64,000 nt of DNA from the human T2T-CHM13v2.0 reference genome, Homo sapiens, in the NCBI RefSeq assembly GCF_009914755.1, contig NC_060925.1. The stretch is one strand, 5' to 3'. Shown here in pieces: positions 53,125 through 64,000 of the stretch. Each line of letters starts with the position of its first letter. Positions within the stretch are counted from its first letter, which is position 1. Position numbers and translations under genes: made by a program. The notes under the pieces were generated by a model. That model was not told the DNA's origin. It was given only the letters and a program-made list of their open reading frames with translations, and did no database searches.

Positions 53125-53793
53125 TGAAACTGCCTTTGCAAAATTATGACTAAGGCAGTTAAAGAGATCCAATTTAACCAACTCCATCTTGTCCTTAACC
53201 TCCATGCTATCCTTGTTCATTCCTGGGCATAGGCTGAACTAACTTTGGAAGGAAATTAGTTTATAATTTACAGTTTAAAACAAAAACAATAAAAGCCCTT
53301 TCCCAAAACCAACCTCCTTCTTGCCTGGGGTCTAGACTACCAACATTAGCCACAAGATTAGAAATTATGGTTTGGGAGTCATGCAGCTGGAGGCCACAAG
53401 ATTCTGACCCTCCCTAAACTGCTCCTGAGATCAGTGCTTCAGATGTTTTGCAGACCCTGCACTTGATGGATCAGCTGGCAACACCCAGATGATAAACTGG
53501 CCCATCTGATCTTGTGACCCCCACCCAGAACTGACTCAGTTCAAGAAGACAGTGATGCCCCATAGTTTCATCTCCGACCCAACCAATCAGCACTCCCTGA
53601 CTTACTGCCCCTCCCCACCCACCAAATTGTCTTTAAAAACTCGACTGCTGGAGGAGACTGATTTGAGTAATAATAAAACTCTGGCCCCCCACACAGCCAG
53701 CTCTGCATGAATTCTTTGTCTATTGCAATTCCCCGTCTTGATAAATTGGCTCTATCTAGGCAGACGGCAAGGTGAACCTACTGGGCGGTTATA
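53125..53793 (+). mobile_element. Solo LTR8 (ERV1)
   Basis: tgaaactgcctttgcaaaattatgact start; gggcggttata end; 4-bp TSD GCAA. Confidence 0.88.
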
Positions 53794-53899
53794 GCAAGAC
53801 AAGTTGGTGAAAAAGGATTTGTCAATATGCTTGATGAAGAGGTGGGAGAACATATCAAAGGCCTCACTATCCATTCTGAGGACAGGTTTAACCTTCTCA

Positions 53900-54633
53900 A
53901 ACTAGAAGCAGGGCTTAGTCACCCTGGACAGTCTCTAGTTCTGTGCCTCCTCCCACTTCCTCTATGTGGTCAGTCCAGACATCTGCCTTGTATGACCGCC
54001 TCTGGTGACCACCTCCCTATCGAACCATCAGGTACAAGCTGCTTGCTTCATCCCCTTGACCCCTATACCCCACATATACTTTGCAGATATGCCTCAGTGA
54101 CCACCTCTTAGTCACAGTGGGACTAAGATGTTGGACCCAGGACCACAGTGAAGGCTTTGGCCCGCAAGTCCCTCTCTCTGTCTCGTCCCCCTCCCACTGG
54201 TTGAGCATGTGTGTCCCCCTTCTCATTGGCCCTGTGAGGCATGCTGTCCTCTTATTATGGATCTGTAAGTAATGAAACTGCTTCTATTATTTCACATGTT
54301 TTGTTCACCTCCTCTGTGTCTCACCTGACCTATACACCCACACCTGACTTGTTTCCTGGTTAGGGCTCTCCTAGAGAGTGGCTGTCTTGGTTGGAATAAA
54401 CCAGACACGGGGCAGACAAGAGCCACAAATGTGCCTGCTAATATAAACAAGCTTCCTGTGAGAGGGACCTCCTGTCATGGGTCAGACACCTAGGATTTAG
54501 GCCGTCTGCCAGGATAAAGAAGTATTCCATGGAAGGCACACTGTAAATATCCAAGCCCCATCACGGAAGAGCTAACGTTTATAACCACTCCCAGAGAGAG
54601 ACCTCGAGACCGAATTAGAAAAGAAATACAACA
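53900..54633. mobile_element. ERV LTR, family uncertain
   Basis: LTR-like composition ending ...aaatacaaca; boundaries approximate. Confidence 0.45.
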
Positions 54634-57544
54634 CATAGACCCTAGGTTTACTAGCTCCAACATCCATTCCCACTCCTCACCCCCTTCTCCCTTGTTCACC
54701 TTCGATAAAGAAGTTAAGAAATCAAAAAGATCACTTTCTGAGCCTACTTTCCCGCTAGGGTGGTCACAAGTTCTGGCCGGTGAGACATAGCAGAAGTTGG
54801 GAGGAAGATAGACAGTGGATTAGGAAAGGTTTTTCCTCCCTATTAAAGGAAATGGCTGTGGGTGTAACAGCAGCAGCCACCCAAGCACCAGGAGACAGCG
54901 GGAGAACATGCTGAGGATGTCGATTTGAAAGACAGAAGGATTCTCTTGCCTTTCACACTATCCCTCGAGAGTTCATAACTATGTTTTTCCTCCTTTTACA
55001 GGAGGAGTAGAGATGAGTCCCTTCAACCAGTACGTGAAATCTTCTGCAGTCAACACAGCTACTTGCTGGCCCACCCTCTTCCCAGTGTCCTCACCTCTGA
55101 GTCTTTGCTGGCCTTCCCACCCTGTTCCTTGCTCCCTAATCTTATGTCCAGATGTGCTGAGCTCCAGGGTATCCTCTATAATCATTCATCAGCCTAGAGG
55201 ACTCTGTATTTCCTTTCATTTCCCCAAGGTAAACCCACTCCTCCAAATATCAATGAGAAGGGAATATTTTGCAGTGAATGGAGTAGGAGAGAGATGGGAG
55301 GGAGTTTGACACTCAGTCCTTCCCCTCTTCACTCTTCATCTACTCACCTATTTGCTCTTGATGTCACTCAGGTCTCTGAACAAATGTCACCTGTTCAGAC
55401 TCTTAAAGATTTGGGGCATTGAAATCACAGGCTAACTTGTATATTTTTGTCCAACAAAGATGCAAATCTTTCTGTCCAGTGGAAAAGTTAACCCCAAAGT
55501 TTATTCTTATTGCACTAGAGAGCATTTCTCATTTTAAAATCTAATCTAGTAATCTTACTGTATTTCTTTATAAAATTGCTTGTAAGTATGTAGCTACACA
55601 AATGCTCTTTGAACAGTCTTAATGTCTTTTTAGTTTCCTCATTAACTAATGTGTTCATTTTATATTTGCATGAGAGTTATAATTATATTTTGAAAATTCT
55701 ACTTGAATGCAATTTATCAGAGACAGCTCCCCTGAAAACACTGTCTAAAACAGCACCTTACCTGCCTCTTCCTGTCTTTTGACTTTGCCTTATTTTGCTT
55801 AACACCAATGCACATATTTGTTCAGCATCTCTGTCCCACAGCTAGAACATCAGCTCCCTGAAAACAGGGCTTCCTTCCTTCATTTCTTTCTTTCCTGCCA
55901 TATTTCTAGCACATAACACAGTGCCTAGAACATACTAGGTACTCAGTAAATATTAAACACACAAATGAATTTACTGAGAGCACACTGCATGTCCCAGGCA
56001 CCCTCCCTACATCTCTCTGCCTCCCAGCCCTTACCCCACAGAGCCCTCTATAGCTCTGGTTCCAGTTCTCAGTTCCCTGGAGCTGCTCTCTGAGCTCCTT
56101 CTGCCTTTCTTATGCATAGAAATCTTGTATTCCCTCACTGATTCCTCAGTCCTCATTTTAAATATGTCTAAGGCCAGGAAAGAAAAGAATCTCCAACAAC
56201 CTGAATCCGCTGTCCTTGGAATGTGGCTGGTGGGACAGTTAGAAACAAATAGTTTGTTTTCTTAATAGAAATAATTTTTTCTTGTCATACTGTTTAAGGA
56301 TCAACCTGAATTTTACTTCCAACCAATCCTCTTCTTAATTCAAATCAAAACATGTCAATGGTATTCAGCTTGACTTTTAGGTGTTTTTTTAATTAATCTT
56401 TTTCATGTTTCTAACTTAGATTCCCAAGTAGACTATAAGTATCTTGGATATATTCCTGGTTCTATAAAAGCCTTAGCCATCCAACTTAATTATTTTTTTC
56501 CAACTTGATTTGAACTAACTTTTTTACAAGCTCTACCTGAAAACCAAAGAGAGTAAAAGTTATTCAAGTGATTTCTATTTAATGTTCTACCTCAATAATT
56601 TGTGTAATTGCATAATTGCAATTAGAATCTGGAAGTGTAAAGGGGGAAACTTGCATGAATGACAAACCCTCCTTCAGGCACATTTCAGATAAATACATAT
56701 AGCATCCATAAGTAGTGGATACCTTATAGAAAACTGAACTGGACCTAAGCCACTTTGTTCTCTCGTTGTTTTTAGGAACTTTGCATAGATATTGGAAGAT
56801 TTCTCTAATGAGAAGTATGTGTTTTCTAAGTTCCACCATAACCTTGCTACCACTACAAAGAGAGAATGAAAGCAAGTCTGAGGTGGGATTCTACACATTC
56901 ACACGTTTATTAGCAAGGTTTAAAGACAGGCAGTAGAGCTGTTATACAAACTCAGTGAGGTTCCACTTCCTTGTGTAGGAGCTTGAATAGCATCTTGCAT
57001 GAAAGGTCCATCCACTGCAGGAAGATGGGACAGTATTCTAATAGCAGACTCAGCTATCCTCATTAGAGCTGGGTGACAAAATCTTCTTGTAATCTTCTCC
57101 ATATGGGGCTGGTCTGAAATCCTAAATCTAGGGCACCTTTCCAAAGTGTGTAGATTGCTAGACTCACTAGATTCTCATACTCTGATCATGTAAGGCATGG
57201 CAACATTTCTATTCATTCTGTCCATCTTGAAATTACTTATTTTGGCCATGAAAATTCACTTTTAAACATCCTTAAAGCCACTAGTATTGATCTGAGTTAG
57301 AGATAGCTGAAGTGTTTGTAGTATCTGCCCCAGGAGTATAGACTTCTCATTGAAATCTTTCAGATGCTAAAAGCCTCTGAAGTGTGAATTGCTTCTCAAC
57401 TTCAAAGAGCCATGAATCATCTTGGAATCATACTCCTGGGAGAAAGATTTGGGGCAAACAATGTGTGCATTATATATCTACCTCTTCTTTGAAATACTTC
57501 AGCCTTCAGGGAGATACAGATGTGTACTAACTTAGATCTATCCT

Positions 57545-57715
57545 GTAGGGGTGGTTAATTAATATTTGAAGGCAACATGAGCATCCTCTGGAAGCATGTT
57601 AAAAATGCAAAAGCTGAGGCCTCACGCTAGATTGTCGAGTCAGAATCTACATTTTAACAGGATCTTTAGGTGATTTGCAGGCACCTTCCTTGCAGGAAGG
57701 TTTGAGAACTGCCCT
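57545..57715. mobile_element. MER5A-like hAT MITE
   Basis: tcagaatctacattttaacaggatc...ggtgatt...gtttgagaact. Confidence 0.65.
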
Positions 57716-58973
57716 AAATGATCTAAGGCCTCCCTCCTTTGGCCTCACTGCTATCCTCCTGCTCACTAACTCTGGTCCATGCTCAGTGGCCTCCTTGCTG
57801 TCCTGTCAGCATGCCAGGTGAGCTCTTGCCTTAGGACTTTTGCTCTAGCGCTTCCTTTTCCTGTCATTCTCTTTTCCCACATGTCCATTTGACTAAGTCT
57901 GTTACTTCTATTTTTTGTTCAGATCTCATCTTCTCAATGAAGTCTGTCCTGATCCACCCTATCTAATTCTACAACGTTTACCTTCCTTCCTGCTACACTC
58001 CTGGTGCTTCCTATCCTGTTTTCTTTTGCTTTTTCCCTCCATAGCACTGACCGTCTTATAAACAGCCATATACTGTATTTTCTAGATTGTAAAAACTATA
58101 GTTTTTCACATTTTAACATCCCTGAAGGTCAGAATGCATTTTACCACAAATGGCATAATATAATTTGTCAATAATTTTTTCTTAGTGGTACCAAATATAT
58201 TGATGCTTCCTAAATGTGATGGCATCATATATTTGATGAAATATGACAATTTGCTTATGTATTATGGCTTTTGGTTTTGAGAGAAAACAATTATCTGAAA
58301 CTTTAAAATAGGCAAAAGAGGTTACTGTGGCTTTCTTCCCATGCAATTCTGGATTAAATTCCTATTGACTAGGTTATTTTACTACTTCTTTATTACCTTT
58401 TTAGGGGCAGAGGCTAACTTTTTCATTTTCATCCACTAGAGATGTAAATAAGTTTGTCCAGCACAGCAAATCATCTTAATGGTTACAGTTTATTGTCCTG
58501 TAAGTTATTAACCCAGCAACCTGAACCTGACATGTCTTTATCAAATTGCCTACATATACACCTATCTTCTCAGCTGCTATTTGGACTAGTTTAAAATCTT
58601 ACTGATTCCCTCATTAATAAAAACATTAAATAGAGTCTTTGACATGTGTTCATTTTATATTTGCCTGAGAAACCTCATTGTACTTTTTTAAAAAAATTAC
58701 ATTTTAATGGTTTATTTCTCCCCTGCTAGAATGTTAAGTTTCACAAGGGAAAAAAATCTGTTTTTGTTCAATGATCTGCCATAAATGCTTAGAACAATGC
58801 TTGGAACATTATAGATGCTCAACAATTATTTACTGATGAATGAATGAATGGAAGTATAGAAAAATATATACTAGTCTGTTAACATTCACCATGTAAGGTA
58901 GGGAGAGGTTACTTTCTTTATATACCTTTTTATATATCTGCATATTGTTTTATGTGTTACAGTGAGCCTACAT

Positions 58974-59250
58974 TGTTTTTGTTTATTTGTTTAAGAGACA
59001 GAGTCCAGGCTCTGTCACCCAGGGTGAAGTACAATGGTGCAATCATAGCTCATTATAACTTTGAACTCTTGGCCTCAAGCAGTCCTCCCATCCCAGCCCC
59101 TCAAGCAGCAAGGATTACAGGCATGTGCCACCACATCCAGATACATTTTTTAAATTATTTTTTGTAGAGACAGGGTTTTGCTGTGTTGCCCAGGCTGGTC
59201 TTGAACACCTTGCCTCCTGCTTCAACTTCCCAAAGTGCCGGGATTACATG
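58974..59250 (-). mobile_element. AluJ-like
   Basis: Diverged Alu. Confidence 0.85.
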
Positions 59251-59339
59251 CATGTATTTTTGTAATTTTAAAGATAATTTAATAAAGAGATGAGGAACTG
59301 AATGTAAAGTTGTATAAAGGAGGAAAAATAATCGTTCCT

Positions 59340-59795
59340 TTTCCCCCTCTTAATTTCATTGTCTGGGGCCCCTATAACAAAGATTGAGAAGAGTAAAACA
59401 AACAGAAGTTTATTCATGTGTATTTCATATACACATAGGAGATACTCAAAGAGGTGGCTTAGAACTCAGGCATATATGGCATCTTCAACAAAGAAGAATA
59501 AACTCTTAGAGAAATAAGACAGAAGAAAGGATGGCAAACCATGGTAAGGCAAATAAATGGAAGTTTTTAATGTAGGTTCTTCTAGTGTTGACAGAAGCTG
59601 CCTTTAGTGATCAAACTTTGTGTTTCCTAGTGGAGAGGGGAGAAGGAATACTTTTGTAAATTTATATCTTGTTTTGAGGGAAGTAGGAGTAGGATAGAGA
59701 ACTTTTTAAAAATATCTGCTCCTTCTCAATTGCCTTCAGCTGAAAATAATCCTTATGCCAAGGAGGCATATTTTGGGCATATTCTAGTCTCCTAC
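59340..59795 (-). mobile_element. MER4-group ERV1 LTR (MER31/MER67-like)
   Basis: ctcaattgccttcagctgaaaataatccttatgccaa...gcatattttggg motif. Confidence 0.55.
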
Positions 59796-61069
59796 ACTTA
59801 AATTGGAAGCTTTTGAGTCTTACATCTATAAAACAGTGCCCGTAGCCTGTAATTCCTCATATGATAACAATCTTGAGGGTCTTGTGATAGTAGCTCCAAA
59901 GCATTGGTAGGAAACAGGAGGGGATACGGCATGGTCACATTTCCTGATAAGGTATAGATGGCAGTTAACTTTACAAATTTATGCCAAGAAACAGTAACTT
60001 ATGATCTTTAGCTAGTTTCTCAGTCCTCTCCAAAGCTGTGCTTCCAGCTCAGGACAACATAAAAACCATTTGCTCTGTTTCCTTAAAAAAAAAAAAAAAT
60101 TCCCTGTTGCTCACTGTACTATTCCAAGTCTTTCTCAGGGCTGCCATCTCTCCTGAGTCTCTCCCCTCCTCCCTGCAAACAAACACCCACCCCAGTCTCA
60201 GTTCTACCTCAAGGAAGAAGCAGCTAGATCGGGGAACTTACTGCTTATGGGACAAAGGGATTCAGTGCAATGTCTGTTCCATCATCAGCAAGTATATTAA
60301 AAATGAGTAAAACAAATCCCAGTGATTTTAGACCTCCTCTGAAAACTTTTGCCCTCAATTTTGATACTAGTTTCTTAAAAAATTATTTTCCTCTTTTCTC
60401 ACAGCAATTGTTTTCTCACCAATCTTTTGAATTTTTTCATTTACTTTTTTTCCTAACTTTGCCTCTCACTGTATGGAATCTAAATGGAGTTCATTAGGAA
60501 TGAATTTATTGATCCAGTGACATTAGCAGCAGTAAAAGCCACTACGGTGTGTACAACCAAGTGGCAAAGACACGTGTGTTCCCAAAACACAAGGAATAGC
60601 ACCACTGCTATCTTCTCACCATTTTTGATAAGAGAGGTGCGGAGGAAGAGGAAGGGCTTATTTGTCTTTTTTATCTTCTGCAAGAAATAGGAAACCAAGA
60701 AACAGCTAAAGGAAATCCGGTAGTGATGTGCTGAAATCAGAGTAGCCCTAAACCAAGTGTGTAAACACGGCATTTTAATAATAGGAATTCAGACCAAGAA
60801 GGGTAATTAGGAATTACATGAAAATGTGATTACACTAATAAAGTTATTTTAGAGAGAAAAACTAAAACAGAAATTGGTACCACAAAATTAACTCTCCAGA
60901 CAAAGGTTGGGCCAGGTGTGCATTTGGTTAGGTCTCAGAGGGGAGCTCAATTCAGGGCACTCTTTCTGCTCCCCGTGATAGTAGACAGTGAAGTCACTTG
61001 TCTGCTGGGTAGATGTGTGCATTTGGAGCTTTGCTGTGTCTTCATTTTGAGTACTTTTATTGCCGCCTA

Positions 61070-61520
61070 AAAAATGCCTGGACCAATGAATGGCTGAACA
61101 AAATGTATTCCAAACAATGGAATATTATTTGGCCATTGGAAGGGATAAAGTTTTCATACGTGTGACAACATGGATGCTGTGAAAACATCATGTTAAGTGG
61201 AAGAATCCAGGCACAAAAAGCCACACATTGTTTGAGTGCATTTATATGAAATGTCCAGGTTAGATAAATCCACACAGAAAGAAAGCAGATACATGGTTGC
61301 TAGGGGCTGGGGGTAAGGAGGAATGGGGGCATGACTGCTAATGGGTAGGAGGTTTCCTTTTGGAGTGATGAAAGCATTCTGGGAACTGGATAATGGTGAT
61401 GGTTGTGCAACCTTTAGAATATACTAAAATCCACTAAATTATATTTTTAAAGTACATTTTAAATGTAAATTTTAAAAAGGTACTTTTATGGTATCTGTAT
61501 TATTTCTCAATTAAAAAAAA
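61070..61520 (+). mobile_element. L1MB 3' fragment
   Basis: acaacatggat...ggtgatggttgtgcaac...A tail. Confidence 0.75.
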
Positions 61521-61533
61521 AGACCATGCTATG

Positions 61534-61930
61534 TGTATTAGTCCATTCTTGCTCAGCTATAAAAACATACCTGAGACTAGGTAATTTATAAACAAAGGAA
61601 GTTTAATTGGCTTATGGTTCCGTGGGTTGTACAGGCTTCTGCTTCTGGGGAGGCCTCAGGTGACTTAAAATGATGGCAGAAGGTGAAGGGGAAGCAAGCA
61701 CATCTTACATGTCAGAAGCAGGAGGAAAAGAGTGAAAGGGGAGACCCTACAGACTTTTAAACAGCCAGATCTCATGAGAACTCTGTCACGAGACAGCACT
61801 AGGGGGATGGCGCTACATCATTACAAACCACCTCCATGATCCAGTCACCTCCCACTAGGTCCCACCTCCAACACTGAGGGTCATACTTCAACATGAGATT
61901 TGGGTGGGGACACAGAGCCAAACCATATCA
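61534..61930 (-). mobile_element. MST-family MaLR LTR
   Basis: tgtattagtccatt...ccaaaccatatca. Confidence 0.85.
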
Positions 61931-62175
61931 CTGTGTACGAGCATGTACACAGGTACACATGAAGGGAGATGAATATCACATTCATCAAGTCATTAACAGT
62001 TGAAACAAAGTGGAACTCTATCAACAGCATGTGCCTTATAACATATTCTGTGTTATTAAAAGTCAAATTTGAGAAAACTAAAAATTGAGGATACTCATAA
62101 AGACATTAGAAATGTTAAAAAATAAAAACAAGTAGCTAGACTTGGTAATTTCAGTGAGAAATGATTGATAGGCCC

Positions 62176-62561
62176 TGATGTGGTTTGGCTCTGTGTCCCC
62201 ACCCAAATCGCCTGTCAAATTCTAATTCCCAGTGTTGGGGGAGGGACCTGGTGGGAGGTGACTGGATCATAGGGGTGGATTTCCCCTGTGTTCTCCTGGT
62301 GATACTGAGTTCTCATAAGATCTGGTTGTTTAAAAGTGTGTGTGTAGCACCTACCCCTGCTCTCTTTCTTTCCTGCTCCATCATGTGAAGAAGGTGCTTG
62401 CTTCCCCTTCGCCCTTCCACCATGACTTTAAGTTTCCTGAGGATGCCCCAGCCATGCTTACTATACAGCCTGTGGAACTGTGAATCAATTAAACCTCTTT
62501 TCTTCATAAATTACCCTGTCTCAGGTTGTTCTTTCTAGCAATGTGGGAATGGACTAACACA
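62176..62561 (+). mobile_element. MST-family MaLR LTR
   Basis: tgatgtggtttggctctgtgtccccacccaaat...ggactaacaca. Confidence 0.85.
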
Positions 62562-62913
62562 GGCTCAGCGTCCCTTTCTTAACTATTTCACTCCATTTCT
62601 GGAGTTTGTATGAACCCTCCAAACTTGTGTGGTTCTCCTTTTCAAAATCACCAAATTAAAACTGATGCCTTTGCAGAGAGTAGCAGGTGGTTGCCAGAAG
62701 CTGTGGGGTGGGGGAAATTGGGAGATGCTGGACAAAGGGTATAGACTTTCAGTTTAAGATGACTAAGCTCTGGGGATCTAACATACAACACACTGATTAC
62801 ACTTACTAATACTGCATTGTATACTTGACATTTGGAGACAGTGGATTTTAAGTGGCTTCCCCCTTCCTCACCCCACATACACACAAATAGTAACTAATTG
62901 TGGTGATGATAAT

Positions 62914-63243
62914 CTTTTTTTTTTTTTTTTTTTTTTTTAAAGACAAAGCCTCACTCTGTCACCTGGACTGCAGTGCTGTGGTGCAATCAGGACTCGCAGC
63001 AGCCTCAACCTCCCAGATTCAAGCGATCCTCCCAACTCAGCACCCCTCACGTTCTCCCCACCCCCAACTAGCTGGGACTACAGGCATGCACCACCATGCC
63101 CAGCCAATTTTTTCTAGAATTTTAGTAGAGATGAGATCTCTCTTTGCTGCCCAGGCTGGTCTTGAACTCCTGGGCTCAAGTGATCCCCCCACCTCGGCCT
63201 CCCAAAGTGCTAGGATTACAGCTGTGAGCCACCGTGCCTGGCT
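62914..63243 (-). mobile_element. AluJ-like inserted in an L1MA 3' fragment
   Basis: Alu consensus; atgataat flanks both ends. Confidence 0.85.
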
Positions 63244-63393
63244 ATGATAATCATTTCACAATGTATCCATCTATCAAGTCATCACAGTGTACACCTTGAA
63301 TACATACAATTTTTAATCTGTCCATTATATCTCAATAAAGCTGGAACACAACAATAAGATTCCTTCAGCCCAGGACTGGAAATAAAGAAGCTC

Positions 63394-64000
63394 TTAGAAT
63401 GGTGATCATTAAAAAGTCAAGAAACAACAGGTGCTGGAGAGGATGTGGAGAAATAGGAACAGTTTTACACCGTTGGTGGGACTGCAAACTAGTTCAACCA
63501 TTGTGGAAGACAGTGTGGCGATTCCTCAAGGATCTAGAACTAGAAATACCATTTGACCCAGCCATCCCATTACTGGGTATATACCCAAAGGATTATAAAT
63601 CATTCTACAATAAAGACACATGCACACATATGTTTATTGAAGCACTATTCACAATAGCAAAGACTTGGAACCAACCCAAATGTCCAACAATGATAGACTG
63701 GATTAAGAAAATGTGGCACATATACACCATGGAATACTATGCAGCCATAAAAAAGGATGAGATCATGTCCTTTGTAGGGACATGGAGGAAGCTGGAAACC
63801 ATCATTCTGAGCAAACTATCGCAAGGACAGAAAACCAAACACTGCATGTTCTCACTCACAGGTGGGAATTGAACAATGAGAACACTTGGACACAGGAAGG
63901 GGAACATTACACACCGGGGCCTGTTGTGGGGTGAGAGGAGGTGGGAGGGATAGCATTAGAGATATACCTAATGTAAATGACGAGTTGATGGGTGCAGCAC
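63394..64000 (+). mobile_element. 5'-truncated L1PA (ORF2 C-terminus and 3' UTR), continuing beyond the window
   Basis: ORF 63399..63872 CWRGCGEIGT...HRWWDCKLVQPLWK matches the L1 ORF2p Cys-rich C-terminus. Confidence 0.95.

Overview
This is AT-rich, Alu/L1/LTR-rich primate genomic DNA, recognised as the human chr1q24 FIRRM (C1orf112)-SCYL3 locus. Positions 165-10716 (+) hold the last seven coding exons of FIRRM. Positions ~10810-52000 (-) hold the complete SCYL3 (PACE-1) pseudokinase gene: 14 exons reconstructed from GT-AG boundaries, summing to 742 aa, or 688 aa when the 162-nt cassette exon is skipped. The two genes converge tail-to-tail, with poly(A) signals only ~40 bp apart. The SCYL3 CpG-island promoter lies at ~51.0-52.1 kb, and the remainder is repeat-rich intergenic DNA. 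Mobile elements include a near-full-length Tigger1, a complete THE1 provirus, a three-level L1>MER1B>LTR12C nest, LTR8, a Tigger7 fragment, a 7SL retropseudogene, many Alus and a truncated L1PA. I find no new multi-gene system. The most unusual unexplained items are a tiny TSD-flanked, poly(A)-bracketed 34-nt hairpin retro-insertion (8726-8823), a duplicated splice acceptor that could remove FIRRM's putative NLS, acidic Trp motifs in the SCYL3 tail, and an antisense LTR12C promoter inside SCYL3. Gene and repeat family names come from recognition, not from database searches.
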